From: Leptospiraceae bacterium
GTDB lineage: Bacteria > Spirochaetota > Leptospiria > Leptospirales > Leptospiraceae
NCBI GenBank assembly: GCA_035345335.1
Contig: DAORCH010000029.1
Location: 1-36,696 of the forward strand
Direction of reading: 5' to 3'
DNA length: 36,696 bases
Both the position numbers and the translations under genes were made by a program. Below are positions 18,112 to 27,465 of this stretch, piece by piece; position 1 is the stretch's first letter, and the number at the start of each line of letters is the position of its first letter. The notes beneath the pieces were generated by a model. The model was not told where the DNA came from. It saw nothing but the letters and a program-made list of their open reading frames with translations, and ran no database searches.

Positions 18112-20016
18112 ATGGAAGAAAGACAAGGTAGATTATTACTTGCAATCGTACTTAGCTTAGGAGTCTGGATGGGAGTTAACTACTTTTTATTCCCTCCGCA
18201 ACCCCCCAAAAAACCGCCTGTTGCAAATAACGCAAAAGATGCAAAAACAGCAGAACCAGTAAAAGATGCTAAAGAAGTTAAAACTCCAGATAAAAACACA
18301 ACTGTCTTAAAGCCGGTCGAAATCAAAGAAATTGATCCAAAAGATATAAAGAAATTCTATGTTGTAACATCTTCTTTTCTAGCTGAGTTTAGTTCTCTGG
18401 GCGGTAGAATCGAAAGATTTTATGTAAAGAACTATCCGGACTTAGAAGGAAATGAAGTTAAAATCATAAAAAATGAAAGCGAATTTGTTTCCTTCAATGG
18501 TGGAAATTACAAAGGGATTGAGATCACTCGAGAGAGAGGATTTGATTTTAACTTAACAAACGCAAAAGAAGAATTATCCGCTCCCCTATTCAATCATATT
18601 AATTTCACAGCAAACTATGATGAAGCAAAACAGATTCTCAGTTTCGAAGCGTTATCTCCAGATAAAAACTACTCTCTAAAGAAAGAATTCTCCTTTTTTA
18701 AATCAGAAAATTATTTTAAATACAATATGACTATCACTAATCTTTCTAAAGACAAATTGGTGTTAGCTGATCAAACAAAGCCTATTTATTTTAAATCTTT
18801 CGGAAGCTTAGGTCCAGTAAAAGGTCCTATTATTTCCGAAAAAGACCAAGTTCACTACTATCGATTCTTTTATATTGATGGTTCCTTCAATGACAATTTA
18901 GATGGAGTAAGTATAGAAGGTTTTTGGTCAAAAGCAAAAGCATTTTTCGGATTTGGTAGTGTTAACAATGATCCGAACTTTGACACCGTTCTCAAAAAAT
19001 CTGAACCAGTTGATTTTTTTGGAACAGGTAGCCGTTATTTTATCGCAGTCTTAAATCCTCTCAGTGGAAATAAGCCAAGTGGTGTATTACTCGATAATCG
19101 AAAAGGAAATGTAAATGGTGTTACAGCTCTCTATGAGAATATTTCCATTGAACCAAATACTTCGGTTAACTTTGATTATGCTGCTTATGTAGGTATTCGT
19201 GAATTAGATGGAATGTCATTCCGTGACAAAACCATTGATCCAAAAGAAACCAAGTCTTCTCCTTTCTCGGGCCTCAGTGAAAAATTAGACAAATCATTCA
19301 ATCAAGGAATTACGACTCCATTCCGTCATGGAATTGTTTGGATATTAAAGAAATTACACAATTTAATTCCAAATTACGGATGGTGTATTATCATCTTTGC
19401 AATTCTATTAAAACTTGTTTTCTATCCATTAAACCAAAAACAAGCTGAAAGTATGAAAAAGATGCAAGAGTTAAATCCACAAATCAAAGCGATAAACGAA
19501 AAGTATGACAAAGATCCCGCGATGAAGCAACAAAAGATAATGGAACTCTACAAAAAAAATGGAACAAATCCTATGGGTGGATGTCTTCCTATGTTAGTTC
19601 AGATTCCAATCTTTATCGCACTCTATACTGCATTTAGTGATACAATTGATTTATGGAAATCACCATTTTTATGGGTAACTGATTTGAGTGAGCCAGATAC
19701 GATTTGGACAAGTCCAGCTATCTTAGGAACCGCAGGTATAGCACTCAACGTTCTTCCACTTATCATGGTAGGAACACAAGTAGTGCAAACACAAATGACA
19801 TCAGTAGCAACGGATCCAAACCAAAAAACAATGATGTATTTAATGCCACTCATCATGTTGTATTTCTTCTGGACAATGCCATCTGGGGTTACACTTTACT
19901 GGACTATCCAAAACGTCCTTTCTATCTTACAACAATTTATCACGAACCGTTTTGGAAAGAATACAAAACCACAGACTGTGACCACAACCACAACAGTCAG
20001 TAAAAAGAAAAAGTAA
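18112..20016 (+). CDS. yidC: Membrane protein insertase YidC
   Basis: It has a large periplasmic domain followed by the conserved 5-TM core ([17 protein letters not shown]). Confidence 0.9.
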   Translation: MEERQGRLLLAIVLSLGVWMGVNYFLFPPQPPKKPPVANNAKDAKTAEPVKDAKEVKTPDKNTTVLKPVEIKEIDPKDIKKFYVVTSSFLAEFSSLGGRIERFYVKNYPDLEGNEVKIIKNESEFVSFNGGNYKGIEITRERGFDFNLTNAKEELSAPLFNHINFTANYDEAKQILSFEALSPDKNYSLKKEFSFFKSENYFKYNMTITNLSKDKLVLADQTKPIYFKSFGSLGPVKGPIISEKDQVHYYRFFYIDGSFNDNLDGVSIEGFWSKAKAFFGFGSVNNDPNFDTVLKKSEPVDFFGTGSRYFIAVLNPLSGNKPSGVLLDNRKGNVNGVTALYENISIEPNTSVNFDYAAYVGIRELDGMSFRDKTIDPKETKSSPFSGLSEKLDKSFNQGITTPFRHGIVWILKKLHNLIPNYGWCIIIFAILLKLVFYPLNQKQAESMKKMQELNPQIKAINEKYDKDPAMKQQKIMELYKKNGTNPMGGCLPMLVQIPIFIALYTAFSDTIDLWKSPFLWVTDLSEPDTIWTSPAILGTAGIALNVLPLIMVGTQVVQTQMTSVATDPNQKTMMYLMPLIMLYFFWTMPSGVTLYWTIQNVLSILQQFITNRFGKNTKPQTVTTTTTVSKKKK

Positions 20017-20038
20017 TAAGAAATTATAAGGAGCAAAT

Positions 20039-20746
20039 ATGTTAGGATATATTTTTGAAGCGGAAGGAAAAACAAAATCAGAAGCAGAAGAAGTAACGTT
20101 AAGCACTCTTCGCCTCGCTGAAGGGGATTTAAAATTTGAAACAGTTGATCCCGGCAAGAGCGGTTTCTTAGGATTTACCGCCAAAAAGCCCGCTATCGTG
20201 CGAGCATATATTTCCTCAAAAGACTTACCAGCTGAAAAAATTATTCATGGAGTTGTGATTACCATCCTAAAAAAAATGGGAATCGAAGCAGAAGTAGTCG
20301 GTATGGGTGATGTGGATGGGAAGATATACATAGAACTAGCAAGTCCAGAATCTGGAATCCTAATAGGCAAGAGAGGGGCAACACTCGATGCACTTCAATT
20401 TTTATTAAACCTAATGGTAGATCCAAAAATTCGTCATGGTAGAAAGATTATTTTAGATATTGAATCCTACAGAGATAAAAGAGAAATGTCTCTCGTTCGT
20501 CTCAGTCGCTCCATTGCATCAGGTGTTGCAAAAACTGGAAAATCAAGACTCCTCGAACCAATGAATCCATATGAAAGAAGAATTATTCATATGGCTCTTC
20601 AAAAGGATGAGAAAGTTTTCACTAGAAGCGAGGGAAATGGAACTTACAAAAGAGTTCGAGTTATTTCCGCAAAAGACAGACATAAATATAAAGACTTAGA
20701 AACCAAAAATCCGGAATTACCGGACGACGATGAATTAGACGTGTAG
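20039..20746 (+). CDS. khpB: RNA-binding protein Jag/KhpB (Jag-N, KH, R3H)
   Basis: An R3H motif ([13 protein letters not shown]) is present. It is in the conserved position after yidC. Confidence 0.8.
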   Translation: MLGYIFEAEGKTKSEAEEVTLSTLRLAEGDLKFETVDPGKSGFLGFTAKKPAIVRAYISSKDLPAEKIIHGVVITILKKMGIEAEVVGMGDVDGKIYIELASPESGILIGKRGATLDALQFLLNLMVDPKIRHGRKIILDIESYRDKREMSLVRLSRSIASGVAKTGKSRLLEPMNPYERRIIHMALQKDEKVFTRSEGNGTYKRVRVISAKDRHKYKDLETKNPELPDDDELDV

Positions 20747-22122
20747 TGATTGATACAATAGCCGCTATATCATCAGGGAATATTCCAAGTGCAATTGGAA
20801 TTATTCGATTATCTGGAGAGAATGTATTGTCAATCTGTTCAAAAGTTCTCTCCGGAAAAGATGGTCTTTTAACTTCTGATTTTATCCAACAAAATCCAAG
20901 AAAGGCTATCTACTGTGATTTCGTAGAAGATGATATTCATATTGATCAAATCGTTTTTATTTTCTTCAAAAATCCAAACTCATATACTGGGGAAGACCTA
21001 GCAGAGTTCTACTTCCATGGAAATCCTATATTATTAAAAAATGCTCTACAAATTCTTTTCAAAAAAGGAGCAAGACCAGCCAAAGAAGGAGAATTTACCA
21101 AGCGAGCATTTTTGAATGGTAAATTAGATTTAACTGGAGCAGAAGCAATCGGTAGATTGATAAATGCTCGATCTAAATTTGAATTAGAGCTTGCTCAAAA
21201 AAATGTTTTTGGTGAAATTCATAGACTTAGCTCAAGAGTTCGAAGTGATTTAATTAGTTTAAAAGCTGAATGTGAAGCAGAAATAGATTTTTCAACAGAA
21301 GACCTAACGTATGAAAGTTTCGAACAAAGAAAAGAAAGAATTCACTCTCTTTATAAACTTTGCACAAAAGTTTTAGATAGCTCCAAGAGAGCAGAAAGTT
21401 TTATAGAACACAATAAAATTGTTATCTATGGAGAGCCAAATACAGGAAAGTCTAGTCTCCTTAACAGTCTAATTGGTAAAGAGAGAGCTATCGTTTCTAG
21501 CATTCCTGGAACAACTAGAGATTACCTTGCAGAAAATTTTTCGCTCAATGGGATTCCTTTACAATTAGTGGACACTGCTGGAATTCGAGAAACGGAAGAC
21601 TCCATAGAAAAAATGGGAATTCAAAAAAGTCATACAGAATTCGAAAGTGCTAATTTGCGACTTTTTATTTTAGATATATCCAAACCAATTCTATTCGATG
21701 AATTGATAGAACGCTACGAACATAAAATTCGCAATTCTATTTTGGTTGCAAATAAACTAGACATTGCCCATGAATCTTGGGTTAAGAATAAAGAATTGTT
21801 TCGATCCGCGAATATAGAAGCCTGTGAAGTTTCCTGCAAAACAAAGCAAGGTATCGATGAACTTTTAAATTCAATTCATTCTCGTTTAATCCAAATAGAC
21901 AAATCAGACGACTATGTACTTTTGGAAGAAAGGAATGAATTTTACTTCCGAAAAATCCAAGAACATCTAAAAAATGCAATCGATTTAATGGAATCAGCTC
22001 CAGCAGAAATTTACATTAAAGAAATAGATTATGCATTGGAAAATGTTGGATATATAAACGGAAAAATTGACACAGAAGAAATACTCGGAAGAATTTTTAG
22101 TAAATTCTGCGTAGGCAAATAA
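20746..22122 (+). CDS. mnmE: tRNA modification GTPase MnmE
   Basis: It has the G1 motif [12 protein letters not shown] and the C-terminal CxGK motif (FCVGK). The GTG start overlaps the jag stop. Confidence 0.9.
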   Translation: MIDTIAAISSGNIPSAIGIIRLSGENVLSICSKVLSGKDGLLTSDFIQQNPRKAIYCDFVEDDIHIDQIVFIFFKNPNSYTGEDLAEFYFHGNPILLKNALQILFKKGARPAKEGEFTKRAFLNGKLDLTGAEAIGRLINARSKFELELAQKNVFGEIHRLSSRVRSDLISLKAECEAEIDFSTEDLTYESFEQRKERIHSLYKLCTKVLDSSKRAESFIEHNKIVIYGEPNTGKSSLLNSLIGKERAIVSSIPGTTRDYLAENFSLNGIPLQLVDTAGIRETEDSIEKMGIQKSHTEFESANLRLFILDISKPILFDELIERYEHKIRNSILVANKLDIAHESWVKNKELFRSANIEACEVSCKTKQGIDELLNSIHSRLIQIDKSDDYVLLEERNEFYFRKIQEHLKNAIDLMESAPAEIYIKEIDYALENVGYINGKIDTEEILGRIFSKFCVGK

Positions 22123-22132
22123 GGAAAATAAA

Positions 22133-23416
22133 ATGGAAGAAGAAGATTACAGGGAAAAAGCTTTAGAATATCACAGAGCGCATCCGCGCGGCAAAACAGG
22201 AATAGTCTCTACAAAGGCTACAGAAAATGCATATGATCTAGCCCTTGCCTACTCTCCTGGTGTCGCCTATCCTTGTTTAGAAATTCATAGCAATCCAGAT
22301 CTTGCATACGAATACACAAATAGAGGAAATCTACTTGGAATTATTTCAAATGGAACTTCTATTCTAGGGCTTGGAGATATAGGAGCTATCGCTGGTAAAC
22401 CTGTTATGGAAGGTAAATCAGTTTTATTTAAAAATTTTGCCGGTATCGATGTATTTGATATAGAACTCAATACAAAAGATGCAGACGAATTTATTAGAGC
22501 CGTCAAGCTAATGGAACCAACGTTCGGAGGAATCAATCTAGAAGATATTAAAGCTCCAGAATGTTTTTATATTGAAGAAAAATTAATAGAGATCATGGAT
22601 ATTCCAATCTTCCATGATGACCAACATGGAACAGCAATCATCACAGCAGCTGCAATTATCAATTATCTTATTCTATCAAACAAAAAAGCAGAAAATGTAA
22701 TTGTTGTTGTTAACGGAGCTGGAGCTGCGGCGATTGCAATTGCAAAATTAATTATTCATCTAGGAGTTGAGTCTGAAAATATATTTCTTGTAGATTCAAA
22801 AGGGCTCATCACAACTAGACGTTCCGATTTAAATGATATGAAAAAGCCATTTGCTCGAAATACAAATGCAAATACCTTAGAAGATATCATGAAAAACGCT
22901 GACATATTCATCGGTGTTTCCAAAAAAGATCAAGTGACAAGAGCTATGGTAAAATCTATGGCAAAAAATCCTCTCATACTTGCAATGGCAAATCCTGATC
23001 CAGAGATTTCATATCCCGATGCAATCTCCGTAAGAGATGATTTAATTATGGGAACAGGAAGAAGCGATTATCCCAACCAAGTTAATAATTTATTAGGATT
23101 TCCTTATATATTCCGCGGAGCGTTAGACATGCGGGCAAGAAGAATCACTCTAGAAATGAAACTTGCCGCGACCTATGCATTGGCTGAACTTGCAAGACAA
23201 GAAGTTCCTTCTTATGTATCAGATGCTTATGGTGGAGAGAAATTTCAATTTGGGAAAAAATACATTATTCCAAAACCCTTTGATCCTCGTGTATATTACA
23301 GCGTATCATCTGCTGTCGCAGAAGCTGCACACGCAAGTGGTGTAGCACGGATTCCATATCCAGGACATGCCGCCTACCGATCTCATTTAGAAAAGTATAG
23401 AGTTCGAAAGATTTAG
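22133..23416 (+). CDS. NAD(P)-dependent malic enzyme (short form, no PTA domain)
   Basis: The malic-enzyme N-terminal and NAD-binding domains are present ([12 protein letters not shown]). Confidence 0.85.
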   Translation: MEEEDYREKALEYHRAHPRGKTGIVSTKATENAYDLALAYSPGVAYPCLEIHSNPDLAYEYTNRGNLLGIISNGTSILGLGDIGAIAGKPVMEGKSVLFKNFAGIDVFDIELNTKDADEFIRAVKLMEPTFGGINLEDIKAPECFYIEEKLIEIMDIPIFHDDQHGTAIITAAAIINYLILSNKKAENVIVVVNGAGAAAIAIAKLIIHLGVESENIFLVDSKGLITTRRSDLNDMKKPFARNTNANTLEDIMKNADIFIGVSKKDQVTRAMVKSMAKNPLILAMANPDPEISYPDAISVRDDLIMGTGRSDYPNQVNNLLGFPYIFRGALDMRARRITLEMKLAATYALAELARQEVPSYVSDAYGGEKFQFGKKYIIPKPFDPRVYYSVSSAVAEAAHASGVARIPYPGHAAYRSHLEKYRVRKI

Positions 23417-23417
23417 T

Positions 23418-23690
23418 ATGCCAATCATTGAAGAAGAAACAGAAGTCAGCACTCGAATTGATAATATCTATGAACACAAAGTCATTTTACACAATGATGA
23501 TGTGAATTCTTTTGAGCATGTAGAAGACTGCCTTATGCGTATTTGCTTCAAAACAAAAAAGGATGCGGAAAAAATTGCTTTAGAAGCACATAACAAAGGG
23601 AAAGCCGTTTGTTATGAAGGTAGCATCGAAGCCTGTGAAACTGTTGCTGAAAAAATGGGTGATGAACGTTTAACTGTTAGTCTAGCTTAA
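23418..23690 (+). CDS. clpS: ATP-dependent Clp protease adaptor ClpS
   Basis: The ClpS core is present (VILHNDDVNSFEHVEDCLM...). No clpA gene follows. Confidence 0.85.
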   Translation: MPIIEEETEVSTRIDNIYEHKVILHNDDVNSFEHVEDCLMRICFKTKKDAEKIALEAHNKGKAVCYEGSIEACETVAEKMGDERLTVSLA

Positions 23691-23700
23691 GGATTGATTT

Positions 23701-24570
23701 ATGAATAAAACAATTGCTTTTATTGGTGTTGGGATTATGGGTCGTGGTCTTGTTAAAAACCTCAAAAAAACAAATACAAAATTAAAGATCTATGCGCGCA
23801 ATCAATCAAAGATAGAATTTCTAAAAGATACAAATACAGAAATTTTCCCAACGATAGCCGACACGGTAAAAGATGCTGATTTCATCATACTCTGTCTCAC
23901 AGAGGATGAAGTTGTCGAGAAAGCTTTTTTTGAAGCTGTGGCTGAACCACAAAAAGCAATTGTTTTAGATTTTGGAACAAGTTCTCCAAAGCTGACAGAA
24001 AAAATGCAATATGAGTCAAAAAAAAGAGGCTTTCGTTTTATAGATTCTCCTATGACAGGAAGTAAGCTAGCAGCCGATAAAGGCGAAATTTTATTTATGG
24101 TAGGTGCTAGCCAAGAAGACTTTCAAGCTTGCAATTTTATCTGGGAAGCTTGTGGTAAAAAAGTAATTCATTGTGGAGATGTTGGAAATGGGCAGCTAAT
24201 GAAGATTACCCTCAATATGATACAAGCGGGACTAGCACAAGTTTATATGGAAGGTCTTATACTTGGTAAAAAGCTAAGTTTAGATTTGGGAGTATTGCAT
24301 GAGATTATTACAAATTCTGCTGCACGCTCTGGAATATCTGATTTCAAAGTAAATTGCATACTAAACGATGACTACTCAACTCATTTTTCATTAAAAAATA
24401 TGAATAAAGATTTAAATCATGCTCTTCGTATTGCAACGGAAAATAACGTTAGTCTACCAATTATTCATAGTGTAAAATCTATATATGATGCGGGAATGTC
24501 TCATAATCAGGGAGAGGAAGATTTTATAAGTCTTTTCAAAATAAATAAACAAATCAATAATATTAATTAA
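23701..24570 (+). CDS. NAD(P)-dependent beta-hydroxyacid dehydrogenase (3-hydroxyisobutyrate dehydrogenase family)
   Basis: It has the N-terminal GVGIMGRG Rossmann motif and a 6-PGDH-type NAD-binding domain. Confidence 0.75.
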   Translation: MNKTIAFIGVGIMGRGLVKNLKKTNTKLKIYARNQSKIEFLKDTNTEIFPTIADTVKDADFIILCLTEDEVVEKAFFEAVAEPQKAIVLDFGTSSPKLTEKMQYESKKRGFRFIDSPMTGSKLAADKGEILFMVGASQEDFQACNFIWEACGKKVIHCGDVGNGQLMKITLNMIQAGLAQVYMEGLILGKKLSLDLGVLHEIITNSAARSGISDFKVNCILNDDYSTHFSLKNMNKDLNHALRIATENNVSLPIIHSVKSIYDAGMSHNQGEEDFISLFKINKQINNIN

Positions 24571-26992
24571 TCTTATAACCCCATTTTAAAATTAAGTCTT
24601 CAATTTTTTCTTTTGTAAATGGCTTGCTTGCATAATCATTCATACCAACCTTAAAACAAGTGTCTCTAGTGGAATCGGTTACACCTGCAGTCACTGCAAT
24701 AATTGGAGTCTCCTTGTAGTTTTCCAATTCTCTAATCTTTCTTGTCGCATCATATCCATCCATTTCTGGCATCTGAATATCCAAGAATATTAAATTAAAT
24801 TGATTATTTTGACAAAGGGAGACAGCCTTTTTTCCATTGCTGACTTCTGAGAGCTTTGCTTTCGGTAAAATTCTAGAAATAATGGTTCTAATCAACATTA
24901 GGTTTATTTCATCATCATCTGCTACTAGAATTTGAATTGGTTTTTCTTTTAAAATGGCAAGGCTCGGTAAAATCTTACTTGCCTCCTCCGGTTCTCCAAT
25001 CTTAACTCTTAACTTAAAAAAGAACTCACTGCCTTTCCCTAACTCACTATTAATCTCTAAATGACTATCCATTAATTGGAGTATCTTATTTGTTATCGGT
25101 AAACCAAGACCGATGCCACCATACTGCCGAACATTGGATTGATCCACTTGAGAAAAGAAATTTATAATCTGAGTTTGGTTCTCTTTAGAAATGCCAATAC
25201 CTGTATCCCTAATGGAAAAAAGAAGGGTCGCTTCTTTATCCATCGGTTCCATTGCGTCATGCGTTACTTCAATTACTACATCTCCACTGTCTGTGAACTT
25301 TATAGCATTACTTAAGAGATGTATCAAAATTTGTCTCAAGCGAATTGAATCTGTATAAATATAATGAGGGGTTTTTTCTGAAATTTTTAGTTTTAATTTT
25401 ATATTTTTCTTTAACTTTAATTTATGAATCTCAGTTACTTGATCTAGAACACTAATCAAATCAACCTTTTCCATTTGAAGTTGTATTTTTCCTAAATAGA
25501 GCTGACCAAAATCTAAGAGATCATTTAACTCGACTAACAATAAATTTCCCGATTGAAGAATCGTATTAACATATTTGATTTGAATTTCATTTAAATGAGT
25601 GGATTTTAATAAATCAGAAAAACCTAAAATCGCATTGAGTGGCGTCCGAATCTCATGACTCATATTGGAAATAAATTGAGATTTTGCTGCGTTAGCCGAC
25701 TCTGCTTCTTCTTTTGCTCTTCTTAATTCTATTTCTGATTTCCTTTCCTCAGTAATGTCTTTGCCATAGCAAGCAAGTCCAATTATTTTCTTTTCTTTAT
25801 AAATTGGTTTTATAATTAAACTAATCCATCCAACCGGACCTTCCGAATCTAATGTCCGGAATTCTGTTTTAACAATTTCACCGCTAAAACCTTGATCATA
25901 AAGCTTACGCCAATACTCTAAAATTTCTTTTGTGTAATAACTTTGATCCAAAAGAGAATTTCCTATTTCTAAGATTCTTCCAGTAGATTTTTGTATACTT
26001 GAAATAAATGCGTTATTTGCTGTAACTAAACAATAATTTCTATCAACCCCCCAAATTAAATCATCTATATTATTGAACAGAGCATCTCTTTCAATATTCA
26101 GATTGATAATTGTATTTTCTTTTTCCCTTCTCTCGTAAAGAGTTGCCGTTAATACCATTGTATTAACCATAACAATGCTAATAAAGCTGTATAGAAGAAG
26201 TAAACTTGAATTGATTTCGCCTGTATAAAACGGTCCCTTACCGTTTACTGTTCCAAGAACCGCGATCATCATTGCAATAAATGCAAATAAATAAGAGACT
26301 TTTGCTTCTAAGCGAATCGCTGACCAAATTAAAAATGGAAATACAAACCAAGTCAGATATTTTCCAGAAATATAAAAATCATATTCGAAATGAATCATGA
26401 ATTGTATAAAACATAAAAAGGAAAACAAAAGTATTGCTTCTAAAAATCGCTTAACACTATGAGGTTTGGTAGATATAAAAGACCATGATAAGAGAAGAGA
26501 TCCTAGTGTCAGAATTCCAAATGCATCCCCCGCCCACCAAGAAGCAATTGCATAACCAATATTACTCCATTTCAACATCCCATTCAAGCATAATCCTATT
26601 GAACCAATAATGGAGCTGAGAATTGGAGAAACTACTACTGAAAATAATAAAAAGAAGAAAATATCTTTTAGCCTAAGTAGAGATGGTCTTATTTTAAATT
26701 TTGTTTTCGCTAAATAGATTGAAATAATTGGCTCAAGAGTATTTGCGATAGTCGCAAATAAAACAAAGCTAATTGGAGCATTTGTTGTTAGGTTGGCGAC
26801 AAAGGCTCCAACTGCTATTCCTAAGGTAAATCTATATCCAAAAAGAAATAAAATGGCTACCGAGAAACCGGAAGGTAACCAAAATAGAGTTACATTAGAT
26901 TGAATAAATGCAAATGTTAATCCAATTTTTGCTAATACAAAAAAAAGGATGGCAACAAGAGCATTCTTAAAAAAATAATTCAACTTTTTCAT
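24563..26992 (-). CDS. Hybrid sensor histidine kinase: MASE1-like membrane domain, PAS, HisKA, HATPase_c, C-terminal receiver
   Basis: It has ~8 TM helices, the H-box SHEIRTPLNAILGFSDLL, the N/G boxes, and a C-terminal receiver (ILVADDDEINLM...DIQMPEMDGYD). I prefer the ATG at 26992 over the track's TTG at 27019. Confidence 0.8.
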   Translation of the reverse strand: MKKLNYFFKNALVAILFFVLAKIGLTFAFIQSNVTLFWLPSGFSVAILFLFGYRFTLGIAVGAFVANLTTNAPISFVLFATIANTLEPIISIYLAKTKFKIRPSLLRLKDIFFFLLFSVVVSPILSSIIGSIGLCLNGMLKWSNIGYAIASWWAGDAFGILTLGSLLLSWSFISTKPHSVKRFLEAILLFSFLCFIQFMIHFEYDFYISGKYLTWFVFPFLIWSAIRLEAKVSYLFAFIAMMIAVLGTVNGKGPFYTGEINSSLLLLYSFISIVMVNTMVLTATLYERREKENTIINLNIERDALFNNIDDLIWGVDRNYCLVTANNAFISSIQKSTGRILEIGNSLLDQSYYTKEILEYWRKLYDQGFSGEIVKTEFRTLDSEGPVGWISLIIKPIYKEKKIIGLACYGKDITEERKSEIELRRAKEEAESANAAKSQFISNMSHEIRTPLNAILGFSDLLKSTHLNEIQIKYVNTILQSGNLLLVELNDLLDFGQLYLGKIQLQMEKVDLISVLDQVTEIHKLKLKKNIKLKLKISEKTPHYIYTDSIRLRQILIHLLSNAIKFTDSGDVVIEVTHDAMEPMDKEATLLFSIRDTGIGISKENQTQIINFFSQVDQSNVRQYGGIGLGLPITNKILQLMDSHLEINSELGKGSEFFFKLRVKIGEPEEASKILPSLAILKEKPIQILVADDDEINLMLIRTIISRILPKAKLSEVSNGKKAVSLCQNNQFNLIFLDIQMPEMDGYDATRKIRELENYKETPIIAVTAGVTDSTRDTCFKVGMNDYASKPFTKEKIEDLILKWGYKIN

Positions 26993-27043
26993 TTGATAAT
27001 ATTTATCAAAAAAATACAACCTAGAAATTGAATCGATAGTTTT

Positions 27044-27427
27044 TTAATTGCACCAACTTTTATCACCACTTGCAATTGCTTTACACTGTGCAGAGCTACA
27101 CCAAGATTTATCTTTAGAAGCAACTCCTTTGCAATCAGAATCATTGCACCAACTTTTATCACTACTTGCCCATGCTTTGCAAAGAGGAGAACTACACCAT
27201 GACTTATCTTTAGATGCAACTCCTTTACAATCATTTGTCTGACACCAACTCTTGTCTCCACTAGCAATGCCTTTGCAATCGTTAGTTGTGCACCAACTTT
27301 TGTCTTTGCTTGCTATGCCTTTACAATCTCCCGAAGACAGGGAAGAGATGAAATTACTTCCCCAATCAGCAGCGGCGAGGTTAATAGAGATTAACCCCAT
27401 AAACAAAATTAACTTAATTTTATTCAT
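27044..27427 (-). CDS. Secreted cysteine-rich tandem-repeat protein (six repeats of ~19 aa, CK[GA][IVW]AS[KGS]DKSWC core)
   Basis: A signal peptide (MNKIKLILFMGLISINLAAA) is followed by six repeats, each bracketed by two Cys (12 Cys in total). Of the three overlapping ORFs here, only this frame has a start context and a signal peptide. Confidence 0.6.
   Translation of the reverse strand: MNKIKLILFMGLISINLAAADWGSNFISSLSSGDCKGIASKDKSWCTTNDCKGIASGDKSWCQTNDCKGVASKDKSWCSSPLCKAWASSDKSWCNDSDCKGVASKDKSWCSSAQCKAIASGDKSWCN
27047..27328 (-). repeat. In-frame 57-bp tandem coding repeat, about six copies
   Basis: The repeat is visible directly in the DNA (..ccaacttttatcac.., ..tcctttgcaatc.. recurring every 57 bp). 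Copies have diverged mostly at silent positions. Confidence 0.7.
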
Positions 27428-27465
27428 CTATATTCTCCTTTTATTTTAAAATAAGCTCAATGTTT

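Noticed and set aside
27047-27328. CRISPR-like appearance of regularly spaced repeats
   Set aside because: The repeats are 57 bp and contiguous with no unique spacers. They are in-frame and lie inside a signal-peptide ORF, so this is a coding tandem repeat, not a CRISPR array.
26989-27449. Alternative ORFs across the 57-bp repeat region (26989..27267 minus, 27048..27242 plus, 27252..27449 plus)
   Set aside because: They are repetitive only because the DNA is. None has a signal peptide, RBS or sensible start. The 27044..27427 minus frame does.
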